Shown: piece by piece, positions 1 to 13,680 of the stretch | Numbering within the stretch: position 1 is the stretch's first letter | How the letters are laid out: every line of letters starts with the position of its first letter | Source of the DNA: Eledone cirrhosa | Lineage: Eukaryota | Length of the DNA stretch: 64,000 bases | Direction of reading: 5' to 3' | Assembly (NCBI GenBank): GCA_964016885.1 | Contig: OZ024750.1 | Coordinates: 6,138,001-6,202,000, forward strand | Position numbers and translations under genes: made by a program | Notes under the pieces: generated by a model | Databases searched by the model: none | What the model was told of the DNA's origin: nothing | Seen by the model: only the letters and a program-made list of their open reading frames with translations

Positions 1-185
1 CCACTATCCGGGAGCTTCCAACCGACATGGTCGCATTATTTAAGGGTATGTCAATATTTGCTTATAAAACTGATCTATATTATATTTTATCTGATGAAAG
101 CGCACCATAATTTGCTTTGGTGTCCTTGAAATATGTATAATGAAATAAATATGGTTTTATAAATATAGTTTCCATTTGTTAATAT

Positions 186-190
<5 letters not shown>
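1..190 (+). mobile_element. HHR-bearing Penelope-like terminal repeat, family D (cut by window edge)
   Basis: Near-identical reverse-complement copies at 34400-34580 and 57214-57355; ends in (TA)n; contains hammerhead core. Confidence 0.75.
85..145 (+). ncRNA. Minimal type I hammerhead ribozyme (family D)
   Basis: ttttat-CTGATGA-aag c gcacca[loop]tggtgt c ctt-GAAA-tatgt-ATA-atgaaa; stem I ttttat/atgaaa, stem II present, short stem III. Confidence 0.8.
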
Positions 191-267
<77 letters not shown>

Positions 268-2259
268 TATATATATATAAATATATATATATATCTTTGT
301 GTGTGTGTATGCATATATATGTAAATATGTGTGTGTGAGTCTGTATGCATGCTTTATTTTGTAAATCTTATTTCATATACACTCATTTGGCCACAGAAAT
401 TCCTCTACATATTAATATGCAGAAATTATTTTATTTTCTCTTTTTATAAACTTGTAGAAATGACTGCTTGTCTCTGTCTCAATTGTTAGATGGCGCAAGA
501 GCGTCTGCTTGTTAACAACTGATGGTGTAAACTACTCATCACGTTTTAATATCTTGTTATAAACTTTGTAAAATTCAAGAGCAAACGTTCGGTCATTGCC
601 CTATGGACAGAAATGCGTCTTGAACTTCTAACATGAATTTCAAAGGTAGAACTAATATTTTGGTTCTAACATAACCTCCACCGTCATATTTGTAGTAATA
701 AAAACGAATTCTTTGACTAATCATATTCCTCTAGGTCAAAATATGACAAGCCAATTTGAAATGTCTGACATAAAGACGGCAGAAGAACGAAGGAGAAGAA
801 ATTCATGGGAAATCAAATGTTGAAATCCGATAGTTGCATTTATCACTGAGGCGCCAACTAAACATCATACAAGAAAAGAAGAATTCTTACTTTTGATCAC
901 TTGGGAGTTAATACAATGTCTTCATTTTCATCTTAGATTTAAAGAAGCAACAGAAAACAAACTTTATGAGGAACGACAGTAAAATGGAAAGCGCAATTTC
1001 TGTATTATTAACATGCATCACATCCGTGCGTTTGGAATTGTATTGTTTGAGTCTTAGTTGTTAATCATGGATATAAAATATACGCACGCACATGAACACA
1101 CACTTACACACACACACACACACACACACACGCGCGCACACGCACACACACACACACACATACACACACACACACTCATACACACATACACACACACACA
1201 CTTACAGACACACACATACTCATACACACACACACACACACATACACATACGCATACACATACACGTACATATACATGTTGGATGGTAATTATACCTATA
1301 TTTTCATTAACGTATCGATAATTATTTGTTAAGAAATATAATTATGCAATATTATGTGGTTGATCATGTAGTTTATATCAGCTTAATACACACCTGATGA
1401 TGTCACCTTATTGCCACTTAGGTTACATCTCCGCACCAAAATTATGAACGGATATTCAAATATTTTCCGTAGATATATTCAACTACACAATTATAAACGA
1501 TAACATATGTTGAAACATTTTTACATTTATATTTTATATATACTTAAGCCTAGGATTACAAAAACATTCTCCATTTCCACAGACACTAATAGAATTATTA
1601 ATATATTAATATTATATTTTCTAATATTTTTTCTTACATAATGTATCGATAATTTATTGAAAGCCATTTCATTGAAAATGTATATATTTGTAAAATGAGA
1701 GATTACTAAAAGAAACAAATGCAATATTTACTTTTAATTATGTTACGGAATTAGAAAATAGGTTTATACTCTAAATAAATGTTTATAGCCAATAAATTTG
1801 ATACTATAGATGTCTGGGTGCTTAACACTTATGAGGTTATAAATAAATGTGTCAAATCACTCTAACAAGAATAAAAGAAGCAACGAATATCCCCAAAGTA
1901 ATCGACACAGGTAAGTCATCTCACGTTTGTCCACCTATAAAATGTTGATTCTGCTTTCATTCATCGGTTTGAGATGTGAGACTATGTTTGGGAATAGTTT
2001 CTTTGGAGCGAATGGTTCATGTATTGCAGCGTTTTAGGCACTGAGCTTGCTCTGAGAGCGTAGACCCCCCACAAAGAGGAAATCGCATCGGGCAAGAACC
2101 AGATAATGGCATTCATAAGATAGAATATATTAAACAAAAACGATATACATATTTCATCACATTGATAGAATGTATAAAACTAAAATTTACAAACTAATAA
2201 ATGTGCACAGAGAGGGAGAGAGCTCAATAACACCAAAATAAAAATTTACCAATACAGTC

Positions 2260-3920
2260 AAAACTGCTAGGAATGGGAGATTGTTAAAAGTGATCAACTT
2301 TCCGATTTCTGGTTAAAGAATTTAATTAGCATACAGGATTCTGTAGCAACTGTCTTCAAACATTTACTAAATAGTGAATTTAATTAAAACCGAAAATATG
2401 TAGAAAATTAAAACAGCACGACCTATAGCGGTACTATTGAGTACATGAAACAAAATACATTATGCAGATACCAATGAGAAAATTAGAGAGAAAACAATGC
2501 AAAGACTACAAAAAAGTTAGACTAATATTGATTTCTAATTTAGATACTTGGCTAGCAAATTTGGGGTAAGGGCAGAGATGATTACATCAAGTGCTTCTTT
2601 AATTTATCGATCACAGAGGGATGAAAGGCAAAATTGACCACAGCAAGATTTGAACTCAGAACATAAAAAGCCAGAACAAATTCTTGATCGGTATTCAATA
2701 GTCTACCAGTTCTGCCAATCTTCCTCACTGAAGCTGAAATAATATTAAAAACGGAAGACAATATCAGAAAGTGACTTTATCCAAGTTATTTTGAATGTAA
2801 TATAGTCAAAGTAATGAACTGAATAACCTTGAGAGGAAACGAAAGAAAATTATTCACTTTATTCTGAACCGATTATCCTAAGCTGATATAGATAGAATAT
2901 ATCTAAGAGTAGCGCAGGTATAAAAATGTCAGACATATATAGAACATTACAAAGTAAACAACAGAGGGCCGAGGAAAAATACTTGGAAAGAAACAATTGT
3001 AGTCTAAGTTAAAATAAGACAATATAAAAACAATTCTATAGATATATGGAAACAATAAAATATAACTTAGAAGTCAAGTAAACAAAGCGAAAAAGGAGAT
3101 AAAAACAAAACAGACGAAAAACTAAACAACTTGTAACAATAAAGAAAAATAGAGTACTGAAGTGTAACTTTTAACATGTTAGAGAATTATCATGAGAAAT
3201 ACTTCTCTGTAAAACTAACAGAGATCAAGTGAGACATTATGAAAACTAACAAGTGTGTAGAAGCTCCGATGTAAAAACAGAACCACAAGGTTAGATTTAA
3301 CCGTAAAATATTAATGTCGAGTGACAACAACTAAAACAATGCAAGGAGATGATACGAAATGTAGACAATAAAATCTAGATAAACAATTGATCACATCTTT
3401 TTTCTTTTTTCGCTCAGTTCTCTCACAAATGCGGAATATATCAACAAACATGAAGAACGATGTAAGTATATAAGAGATACAGACATTCTTCGAGGGAAAA
3501 AATATAACTAAAAATAAGCTGCACCGAAACCAAAATATGGCAATGCCAATGATACATTATTCTGACAAAGGGCTCTAATGACTGAGGAAAAGATCACAGC
3601 AGACCTCCTCCTAGATTTTATAAACAAAGGAAGAATAAAGTCTTATGTTCTCGGATAGATATTTAGATTTTTACCGAAAAAGACATCGCTCGAAAATAAA
3701 AATAAAACCTATTTTCAAAAACTTAGAAACGGAAGTCACCAATATGAGGAGAATATGAATAAAAATCAATACCAATAATAATTGGTGCATTGGCTCTGAG
3801 AATGGAGATACTGAACAAACTAGCCGAATGTATTACAATATAAAAATATAATACTAGCCACAACAAAGATTGTAAACCTACGTAATTCTATAAGACAACT
3901 GTTACATGAAATATGGTATC
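2260..3920 (+). mobile_element. Decayed R4/Dong-type (RLE) non-LTR retrotransposon, internally deleted and interrupted by a SINE
   Basis: Frameshifted motifs in the expected order: FWLKNL (~2307), ADIDRIYL (~2882), KCR..TIDHI (~3357-3397), EYINKHE (~3435), LETEV..KSIPIIIGAL (~3722-3793). Confidence 0.65.
2525..2730 (-). mobile_element. Degenerate tRNA-derived SINE (main family)
   Basis: gatgaaaggcaaaattgacc...gatttgaactcag, reverse complement of the family core and B box. Confidence 0.7.
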
Positions 3921-3959
3921 TACTGGTTTCTAATTTAGACACAAGTCAAGCATTACTTT

Positions 3960-4090
3960 TTGGTGGGTGAGAGATAAGTTGATTACATCGATATTAGTGC
4001 TTGACTGTGTATTGTGTCCACCTAGGAAAGATGAAAGGCAAAATTGAAGCCGATGGTATTGAAGTCGGAACGTAAATGGCCGGAGCAATG
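3960..4090 (-). mobile_element. Degenerate SINE fragment (main family)
   Basis: gatgaaaggcaaaattg core in reverse orientation. Confidence 0.5.
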
Positions 4091-4185
4091 CAGTATGTAT
4101 GCATATATATATATACATACACACACATATATATATATACACACCTTTCTCTCACTTTCTCTCTTCCCCTACTACCTCTCTTTCT

Positions 4186-4228
<43 letters not shown>

Positions 4229-4360
4229 CATACATTTATAAAGTTGTAGTTCCTGTCTGTTTGTTCACGAACTCCTCCTATGGTTTTGGAGATAGACCTC
4301 CATAACCATATATATATAACTTTGTATCTAAGTCAATATACATATATATATATATATTTA

Positions 4361-4436
<76 letters not shown>

Positions 4437-4769
4437 CATATTGATAATTCATAACGTATTCATAACGTAAAGTTCTGATTGTGTATGTGGGTGTGAAACA
4501 CATACCCACAGCCTTAACCACAGATGCTATTCACTTTGGCAGGCTTTCAATGGGCTCCATACTGTATCAGCTCTTCAATTGTGATCCCCCTATTCCCTCA
4601 GTCTAAGTACATTTATGTATTTATTGGCACTGCTTTCGTTTTATGTTTTATAATTTCCCAGAAAATTCCCTAGAAAATTCTTAGCAGGTGAGCTTACTGG
4701 CAAGTGAAGAATACTAAGTAACATGATTTATTCAGGTGGATGTAGTAAATGATTTTACTCCTTTTTGTA

Positions 4770-5240
4770 GTTATAACTTGTAACAGTTTCAGGCAGAATA
4801 AATATTATTAGCCAACTCTTCAGATTCCTCTGCCTTTTCAAGAAAAACAACACTTCGTTTTCCTTCTGATTCAACATAAATATAAAGGGAAAGAAATCTT
4901 GTTGGCTGTTTTTATTTTTTGTTATGAAGGGACTTAGATTGCACAATAGATTGATGACTGAAATTTCTTTTTTTAATTGTTTCTTCTCTGAATATGTTAA
5001 AATCAATTAGGGGGTCATGCCACTATGAAAAGCTTTATGCCGTTTCGTGATGAGAAGACTCAAACAGGCCACTTTGCAGTTCTTGCTATCAATATTAACT
5101 CTACACAATGTCTGATATCTAAAATTAGAATAAGCGTTAATATTAAATATTCTATAATGACCTATATACCGCCTCAAGAATATACACAGGGAGTAAGAGC
5201 ACATGAAAATATTAATAAATTCCGAGATGAAGCCCAAGAA
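4770..5240 (-). mobile_element. Decayed Penelope-like GIY-YIG C-terminal fragment followed by a degenerate HHR
   Basis: Translation FLRRYIGHYRIFNINAYSN...NIDSKNCKVACL resembles the PLE endonuclease tail (FKxRYxxH..FN..YxN / SKxCxLCL); CTGAAGA...GAAAC core downstream at 4823-4786. Confidence 0.45.
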
Positions 5241-5551
5241 TGAAGTAGGAAAGTATATCTTCTTGGCTACTTTTTCTTTACCATTTTTCGTTGAATCTTT
5301 TTTTTTATTTGGAGAGACAGAAAACGAAATAAGCTTTTCTCAAGTGGCGTCATGTACGAGGAACTTTGGGTTTATAATTAATATTGTTTTTACATCAAAA
5401 CATATGTGAGAGTGAAAGAAAGAACGTAAGGAAAGCAAGGAAAGCAAGGAAAGTAGGAAAGAACATCTGTGGCGGGGTGTAAGAATGCGTATACTTTTGT
5501 TTTGTACATGCATGTGTTGGAATTCATAAGTGTAATTTCTGTGTCATTCTC

Positions 5552-5652
<101 letters not shown>

Positions 5653-5884
5653 GAAAGATTTGAATGGATACAGTTTAGTTGAAAGGAATTTATTGACACG
5701 TGTTTCTATAACAGTTACATAACCTAAAACAGCTATCTACAAACTTTTAGTTATGCAGACATTCAATATTTCAATGTTATTGTTTACTTTTGGAACTACA
5801 ACTGGAACCGTCGAGCAAACTCTACGTGAGCTGATAATCTACTGTGTGTAATATTTATATTACAACACAACGGAAAAAACTGTA

Positions 5885-5894
5885 TATATGTATA

Positions 5895-5985
<91 letters not shown>

Positions 5986-6099
5986 GTATATATATGTATA
6001 TATATATATGTATATATATGTATATATATATATGTATATATATGTATATATATATATGTATATATATGTATATATATATATGTATATATATGTATATAT

Positions 6100-6165
<66 letters not shown>

Positions 6166-6166
6166 G

Positions 6167-6265
<99 letters not shown>

Positions 6266-6324
6266 ATATATAATTCGTTTTTGAATTTGTTGGCAACATG
6301 ACCCTCCCAAAGTATAACAATATA

Positions 6325-6394
<70 letters not shown>

Positions 6395-6416
6395 CATATA
6401 TATATATATACATATA

Positions 6417-6437
<21 letters not shown>
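5885..6437. repeat. Long interrupted (TA)n microsatellite pair
   Basis: Direct reading. Confidence 0.95.
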
Positions 6438-6449
<12 letters not shown>

Positions 6450-6708
6450 GGGGGAGGGAGGGAGCGAGGGAGAGAGGGGGAGAGAAATAGCAAGCAAGAC
6501 AGACAAATGTTTGAATATAATGTTTTTCTTTAAAATATATATATATTCTCTTTCACTATGAATGTCAAGACTGTTTGTTTTGTTTGAGTCAAAACAATGA
6601 CAGGGCCTTGTATATGGGCGAGCTACAGTGAGCATACATGAATGTCTATGAACTAGCACAAACGTGGCACGTTTCTTTACTACACAGGTACTTTTGTGCA
6701 ACACCGTG

Positions 6709-6938
6709 CTGAGGTTAGCTGGACATGCTCACTGACATCCAGAGTTGACATTGCACTCAGTGCTCCTGTGGGAGCCCCTACATGGACACACCGGAAGAGG
6801 AAGACCGAGGTTGACATATGTTGATGTCCTAAGGACAGACACTGGTCTCTTGGAGACGCAGGACATGGCAGCGATAATGAGGGACTGAGACCGCTTGAGA
6901 GAACTCGTCCATGGATCTCGGGAATTTTACCCGCACTA
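6709..6938 (+). mobile_element. RTE-clade LINE 3' fragment
   Basis: [38 protein letters not shown]; homologous to 12050 and 30256 copies. Confidence 0.85.
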
Positions 6939-6949
6939 TATATATATAT

Positions 6950-6987
6950 CTGTGTTTGTGTGTGTATGTGCGTGTGTGCGTGTGCGT

Positions 6988-7080
<93 letters not shown>
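6950..7080. repeat. (GT)n microsatellite
   Basis: Direct reading. Confidence 0.95.
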
Positions 7081-7081
<1 letters not shown>

Positions 7082-8684
7082 ATGAATATGTGTGCATATT
7101 TTCAGTCCTGAAGAATTCTTGGAATTTTTGGCACATTTTCGTTTTACCGCTAATAGATTGGAGTTTGAGGATGCAGGCTACTTTGGTTAGTACCTTCAAG
7201 GGAAACCCTAGTATTTACTCAAACCGCGTTACCTATGATATCGTGCTCAAATGTGACCTAGAGTCAGGATACAAGTGTTTTCAATTTCTGCACCAGTTCA
7301 TAAATTCTTTCCTCACTCTTAGATGATATATTCATATTAGAGTGTAAGATATTTCTTCCCTGTCCCATAGAACTACAACCTGTGTGCTGTATGTGCATCA
7401 GATTGAATAGGTACTGGGCAGTTCCCTCGTATGGGGGACTAAGAGTGACTATTCTTTCTGTCAATGCTGTATGCATGTATGTATGTATGTATGTATGTAT
7501 GTATGTATGTATGTATGTATGTATGTATGTATGTATGTACATATGCATGTATCTATGTAAGTGTTTATGTATGGAAAAATAAATTTGAAATATTTTTTTA
7601 TAGAAACATTCTAAGAAAAATAAGCTATTTTTTATTAGATGAAACTCCAAAAAATATGTTAATATACAATTAACTCCTATAAAAGATAAGATCGTATATA
7701 ACAATGTTGAACTCTGCCGTTACTTCCCGACACACTGAAGAAAGACATGTCATAGGGCCTTCAATTGATTTATAAAGCATCCTCTATACTAATTGCTGGA
7801 TTATTCCATCTGCGCTCTTTTACAACAATTTTCTTTGAAATACGTCAATTCTTTTTCGGAACCAGCACTTTGGCAATATGTATTTTTTCAATATATGTTA
7901 GCTTGCTTTTACAAAGGCAGCACTACTGGGAAGCTTCACGTTCTCGTAGCTTCATTATATAAAGAATAAACCAGAAGTACTGTCAATACGGGTTCATGTC
8001 CATTAATCGAAAAACTCGCTATCACAATATAGTTTATTAGATAAAGTTGTCAGAATGATAAATCTAAGCCATTTCATTGATATATATAGAGCACAATTGA
8101 ACCGGATTTATCAAGGGTTGGAGCATATTCTTAGTTTCGTTATCACAACTTGTTATTCCTTGTATTATGTTTATATATGTAGCTGTGGCAGTTATATAAA
8201 CTCTTGAAAAATGTATACTTCTAGAAACAACACTGAAACAGTGAAGGCTGATTTCGACGACGAATTTTACGGTGTCAAATGTTAAAAGTCTTAAACGTTC
8301 TATCTTATCAGAAAAACGATGTTAATTACAGAACAGACTAAATGCTAACATAATAAATAGGAAGAGAGCTATTAATCGCCTAAAGGCTGATACTCTAAAT
8401 ACTTATACATTCACTTTGCTAATAAATTAAATAATGACATTGCAATTAAATATGTCTTACTTAGAAAAATGGCTATCCTTTATAGGAGGCAGGAAATGGA
8501 ACTGTGTGGCGTTTCTGGTTTTCTTAAGTATATTAATGACGTAAAAGATTTGATTGAGAAAATGAAATGAATTTAAATCACACAAGAACTAAAACCAGAT
8601 CATGACCTCAACACGAGTCTACTTACTTTCTTTCTACACTTCTTGCCTCTAACACATTAGAGATTATTAACACATGATGAAATG

Positions 8685-8865
8685 AGGACGGATTCGCTAC
8701 AGCGTCGGAGAAATACTTAGCAGTAGTTCAAATCCTACCAAAGTCAACTTTGCCTTTCATCCTTCTAAGGTTCGATATAATATATTACCTATCACGCATT
8801 GCGTCGATATAATCAACCATACTTTCACCCCAAATATGCTGCGCCTAAACTAGAAATAATTAATA
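8685..8865 (+). mobile_element. Degenerate SINE (main family)
   Basis: gttcaaatcc B box followed by caactttgcctttcatcct. Confidence 0.65.
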
Positions 8866-8988
8866 TTTACACATGAAATATTAACATATATAATGATACT
8901 GACATTAAATTTCCATTGTGAAATGTAAACATTAGTGTATGTGTGTGTATTTGTGTGTATGTGTATACATAGGTATATGTGTTTATAT

Positions 8989-9023
<35 letters not shown>

Positions 9024-9038
9024 GAGAGAGAGAAAGAG

Positions 9039-9150
9039 AGAAAAAGAGATGAAATCGAAAATGCAACTGGAGTCTTATTTTTTTTAAAAATATATATATT
9101 TAAAAAAAAAATAAGACTCCAGTTGCATTTTCGATTTCATCTCTTTTTCT
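9039..9150. repeat. ~110 bp fold-back palindrome in a dispersed element
   Basis: agaaaaagagatgaaatcgaaaatgcaactggagtcttatttt mirrored by aaaataagactccagttgcattttcgatttcatctctttttct; related single arm at ~17650-17685. Confidence 0.85.
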
Positions 9151-9271
9151 TTATACTTTCACTCGTGTAGGACACCTCGGTTATTTTTCATTTTGTAAAA
9201 AAAACCTCACTTTCTAATATATATATATATATATATATATGTTCATATGTTCATATGTATGTTTGCGTATG

Positions 9272-9312
<41 letters not shown>

Positions 9313-10847
9313 AGAGATTACCCGTTATGGTTTATGTTAGGTATGTATCCTATGTGTGTCTTCAGATTTACTATATTTTCCCACCAGTTAAATTAATTGA
9401 AGTGTGTTGACTTGTCCCAGATTTGACAAAACTAACTCCAGTAGAGAATTGATCACAAAGCAGATTCCACATTTTCCTGAAATCCTGATAAAGTATCTGT
9501 TCAGTGCATCTCCGTCTTAAATTCTTTGCTAAGGCATTGGGTTTGCAATTGCACTCGATCAATTGAGAGTAAAATATCAAGATACGTTAGCTAAAGAATA
9601 AATTATTCAGACATTAGCTTGAAATATAGACTCAATTGTATTCATTTATCATTCATAGTATTTTCATTGCGGTAGGTATCAAGAAGCCAAAGGTCTGGTT
9701 TGCTCAGTAAAAATTTATTTTATTTGGATTATAAGGTTAGGAAATATATTCATGTAAACGTTATGCTTATCAGGCAGAAAACTCGTAGATAAATACTGGT
9801 CTGCTTTACGATAGCATCAGCTGTATTGATTAGTTTCCTCGTGCTTATTTCGTGAATATATCAATTGTATTTTCCCTACCAGCAACAATTTTCCGCTTTT
9901 ATCTCACAGATTGTTCAGATGCATGATTAAATAGCTTATTCTAATACACACACTTAATCCCATTGAATTAAAATCATCTATTTCAGAAAGCAACGAGATA
10001 TATCCCCCCCCCACCTCGTTACTCTTACAACACACCATTCTCACAACAATTACGACCAATCAGAATAGAGGATGATGATATTTCAACAGTAGTATTATCT
10101 GGTTTGGTCAGGTTATTAATCGAAACTGTTCATTTGCACAGAATTAGTTGCCTTCATTTAAATACTCTACGAAAATCTTATAGCTACTTAAAATAAGATC
10201 GTTTCTATGACTTCACTACTTCTTACCTGAAAATGCCTTTCTAACATGAAATCTTCGCCAAATCTGGTTTATGCACAATAGCTATAGGATATTCCTAAGC
10301 CTACCACAAGGACTCCGAGAGCAGGTTCTGTAACTTTTGTTCGGCGACTGCATATTATACATTATGCAACCACATGTATTTAAAAGCCTGTGTAAATATC
10401 ACAAACATAACAATAACGGTTAGTTTCTAAATGCAGAACGGGATACAAATGCCATCAAAATAACATCCCACAACTACATAAAAGTGAAGCGGTAGTAGAT
10501 GACATCAATCATGGACAAACACGATAGACTGGCGAAGCTATTGTTCTAAAAAAACACATGATGTATACAAAAGAACATAGATTCGTAAGGGTCGGCAAAG
10601 AGCATGTAACTGGAACAGGGTAAGATTTCCTAATCACGAAACCTTTTATTCCATGGTTCGAAGAATTGGAACACTCATCGTCGAAGCCGAAGGAAGTCCA
10701 TTCCATTCTATATTGGACATTACCATCCAATTAAATATCATGCAATTATCTAACGTCTACTACATACATACATACACATATATGTATACGAGCACACACA
10801 TGCATGTATATATATGTATATATATACTGTATATATACTTATATATG

Positions 10848-10881
<34 letters not shown>

Positions 10882-10960
10882 TATATAACTTTATATTTAT
10901 ATATACCTAAGTATATACACATACATAAGTATATACACATATATAAGTATATATATATAG

Positions 10961-11013
<53 letters not shown>

Positions 11014-11466
11014 AGTATATATATATGTATAAGTAGATATATATATACACACATATATAAGTATATATATATATATATATATATATATACTTTACATAAA
11101 CACAGACATTCCCAACTATGTGTACATACATACATACATCTTTGTCTTAGAAAAATGATTTATATGCTACCACATGTCAAACGAAGCAATAACTGTTATT
11201 GTAATAAACACAATAGTTGGCGATTTAGTGTCAATAAAATTAGGATGCGTTGTTTTGTATATGGACAGAACAATTTATTACTTATTTTAAAGAAGAATGC
11301 TATTATTATAATATAAACCTCCGTCAAAAAGCCACTACTCTGTTCACCCGAACCCTCTAATCAGGAGAAGACATTTAGGTGAGTTTTAAAGGTATTAAAA
11401 TGAAATTATTAGTATTATATTACAAATTTCTATCAACGTCACGCGCTATAGAAAATTCTGATATTA

Positions 11467-11645
11467 TGGCAGTATCGGTAGAGGGTGGGACGCCATGCTT
11501 TCTAGCATAGTTACGTCCCTTTACGGTCTGAGTTCAAATCCCGTTGAGGTTAACTTTGCCTTTCATCCCTACGGGGTCGATAAAATAAAGTACCAGTAAT
11601 GTACTGGTTAATTTCTGGCCTTGTGCCAAAATTAGAAACAATTAT
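11467..11645 (+). mobile_element. tRNA-derived SINE (main family, short-tail form)
   Basis: A box tggcagtatcgg, B box gagttcaaatcc, core gcctttcatcc.tacggggtcgataaaataagtaccag, tail ggccttgtgccaaa..tagaaacaatt. Confidence 0.9.
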
Positions 11646-12049
11646 ATGTATGTATAGAGTCGATGTAAACTACTACATGAATGGTTAGAGAAACGTGGAA
11701 GGAAAGGAAGAGGATGAGAAATAGCAAAGAGAAGGGGGTGAATGGAAACATGCTATTAGAGAAATGTCGATTCTTTTAATATTTATTGTTGAAATATAAT
11801 CTTAAAATATAAACCAGTTGGCTTGTATTCTTGGAGATATGGCAGCAGTCCAATTAACAAATTATAGATATTCTTCAATTAACGGAACCGATAAGGATTA
11901 TGATATTGCAATGCATTAAAATTGGTCTCAAGGCAGCAGATTTCTAAGACTTATAAAGCCGTTCTTAATTAGATTTCTTACAATTCATAGCTTCGAATAT
12001 TTACGTTCCTAGTTCAAAAACCACATTTGTAAAATCTGTGTATTATGTA

Positions 12050-12304
12050 GCACAGAGGAGATTGAGGTTAACTGGACATGCTCACCGACATCCAGAGTTG
12101 ATACTACACTCAGTGCTCCTGTGGAAGTCCATGCACAGACACACTAGAAGAGGAAGACCGAGGTTGACATATGTTGATGCCCTAAGGACAGACACTGGTC
12201 TCTTGGAGACGCAGAACATGGCAGTGATGATGAGGGACAGAGACCGCTGGAGAGAACTCGTCCATGAATCTCGGGAATTTTACCTACCCTAGATAGATAG
12301 ATAG
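12050..12304 (+). mobile_element. RTE-clade LINE 3' fragment with (GATA)n tail
   Basis: ORF 12038-12292: RRLRLTGHAHRHPE...RGRPRLTYVDALRTDTG...RDRDRWR. Confidence 0.85.
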
Positions 12305-12307
12305 TAA

Positions 12308-12510
12308 GGTGGTAGTTTAGCAGAATTAGTAGAGCGTTGGATTAGATACCATTACGGTATTTGTGCTCTTTACATTCTGAGTTCAAATCATGCTGAGGTC
12401 ATATTTGTCTTTTCTCCTTCTAGGGGGCTAGATGATATAAAGTACTGGGACTGATGTCATTAGCTTGACTCTTCCGCCAAATTTGCTTGCCTTGTGCCTA
12501 CCTAAATTTT
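12308..12510 (+). mobile_element. Degenerate SINE (main family)
   Basis: ctgagttcaaatc B box, ccttgtgccta tail. Confidence 0.65.
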
Positions 12511-12732
12511 CATATTAATATCAAGGATATAGATTTAAAAGAGAAACGAATAGCTGGTTTGTAACACCCACTCTTTGCTTCCCCACCGTACTCACCTCTA
12601 CCAATGCTATTATAGAATCTATTTATAGATATTTTAAAGTAAGAATGGTAAGTAATTACCCAATTTCTTTATCTAATATTATTTCAACTGATTAGATTAT
12701 TGCGTTTTTTTCATCCAAATATTTCTCCTCTA

Positions 12733-12787
<55 letters not shown>

Positions 12788-13244
12788 TTCTTTCTTTCTC
12801 CCTCTCTCTCTCTCTCTCTGTTTGTCTTTCCCTGTCTCTCACTGATTGTCTCCCTTACTTTCTCTCGCCCATCCACACAATTACTTTACCAACACGAAAT
12901 AACATTCACATGCACACACACACGTATTCATATTACATAGAGATACATACATACACATAGATAGACAGAAATCCGCATACATATATCTAAGTGTAAATAT
13001 ATCTACTTGTACATATATCTACACGTACATACATATATAAATATCTATATCTATGCATAAATAGATAGAATCATACATATATACATACACCCACATATAC
13101 ATGCAGGGGCGGTGGAAATGGGGTGGGGGTGGTTGGCAGGGAAACAATGCCCCCCCCCCCCCCCTCCAATGATTATATTTCCCCCCCCAAACTACCAAAA
13201 TACCCATCGATTTGTATAAGCGCTACAATTTATGTACATGTTAT

Positions 13245-13450
13245 GTAGATACAGATGGGAGAGATAGCTATAGATATAGAGAGGGGGAGAGTTTAGTGGT
13301 AATTGATATAGAGAGGAAGGTTGGGAGAGTCTGTTATATATTAGATATAGAGAGGGGGAGAGTTTGGTGCTTATTTATATGGAGAGGGGGATTTGAAGAG
13401 AGTTCCGTGTAGTAGATATAGAGAGAGGGAAAGTTTTGTTTTAATTGATA
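13245..13450. repeat. Degenerate ~35-40 bp minisatellite (gatatagagaggg...gagagtttg)
   Basis: About five imperfect units by eye. Confidence 0.55.
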
Positions 13451-13624
13451 TACGTACACATACACACAACCACATACAGATACTCTGTATACGTAAATAT
13501 ACATGCAATATATATATGCATATATATATATATGTGTGTGTGTGTGTGTATGCATATATATATGTATGTATACATATATATATATATATATATATACATA
13601 TATATATGTATGTATACATATGTG

Positions 13625-13680
<56 letters not shown>

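Noticed and set aside
1394-1430. CTGATGA followed by a hairpin
   Set aside because: No GAAA or cleavage triplet after the stem
1975-2110. Possible 5' end or HDV-like ribozyme of the R4/Dong remnant
   Set aside because: I could not fold a nested double pseudoknot by eye; needs a descriptor search
7380-7465. TERIVTL...QYL peptide resembling an RTE endonuclease fragment
   Set aside because: Too short and degenerate to support
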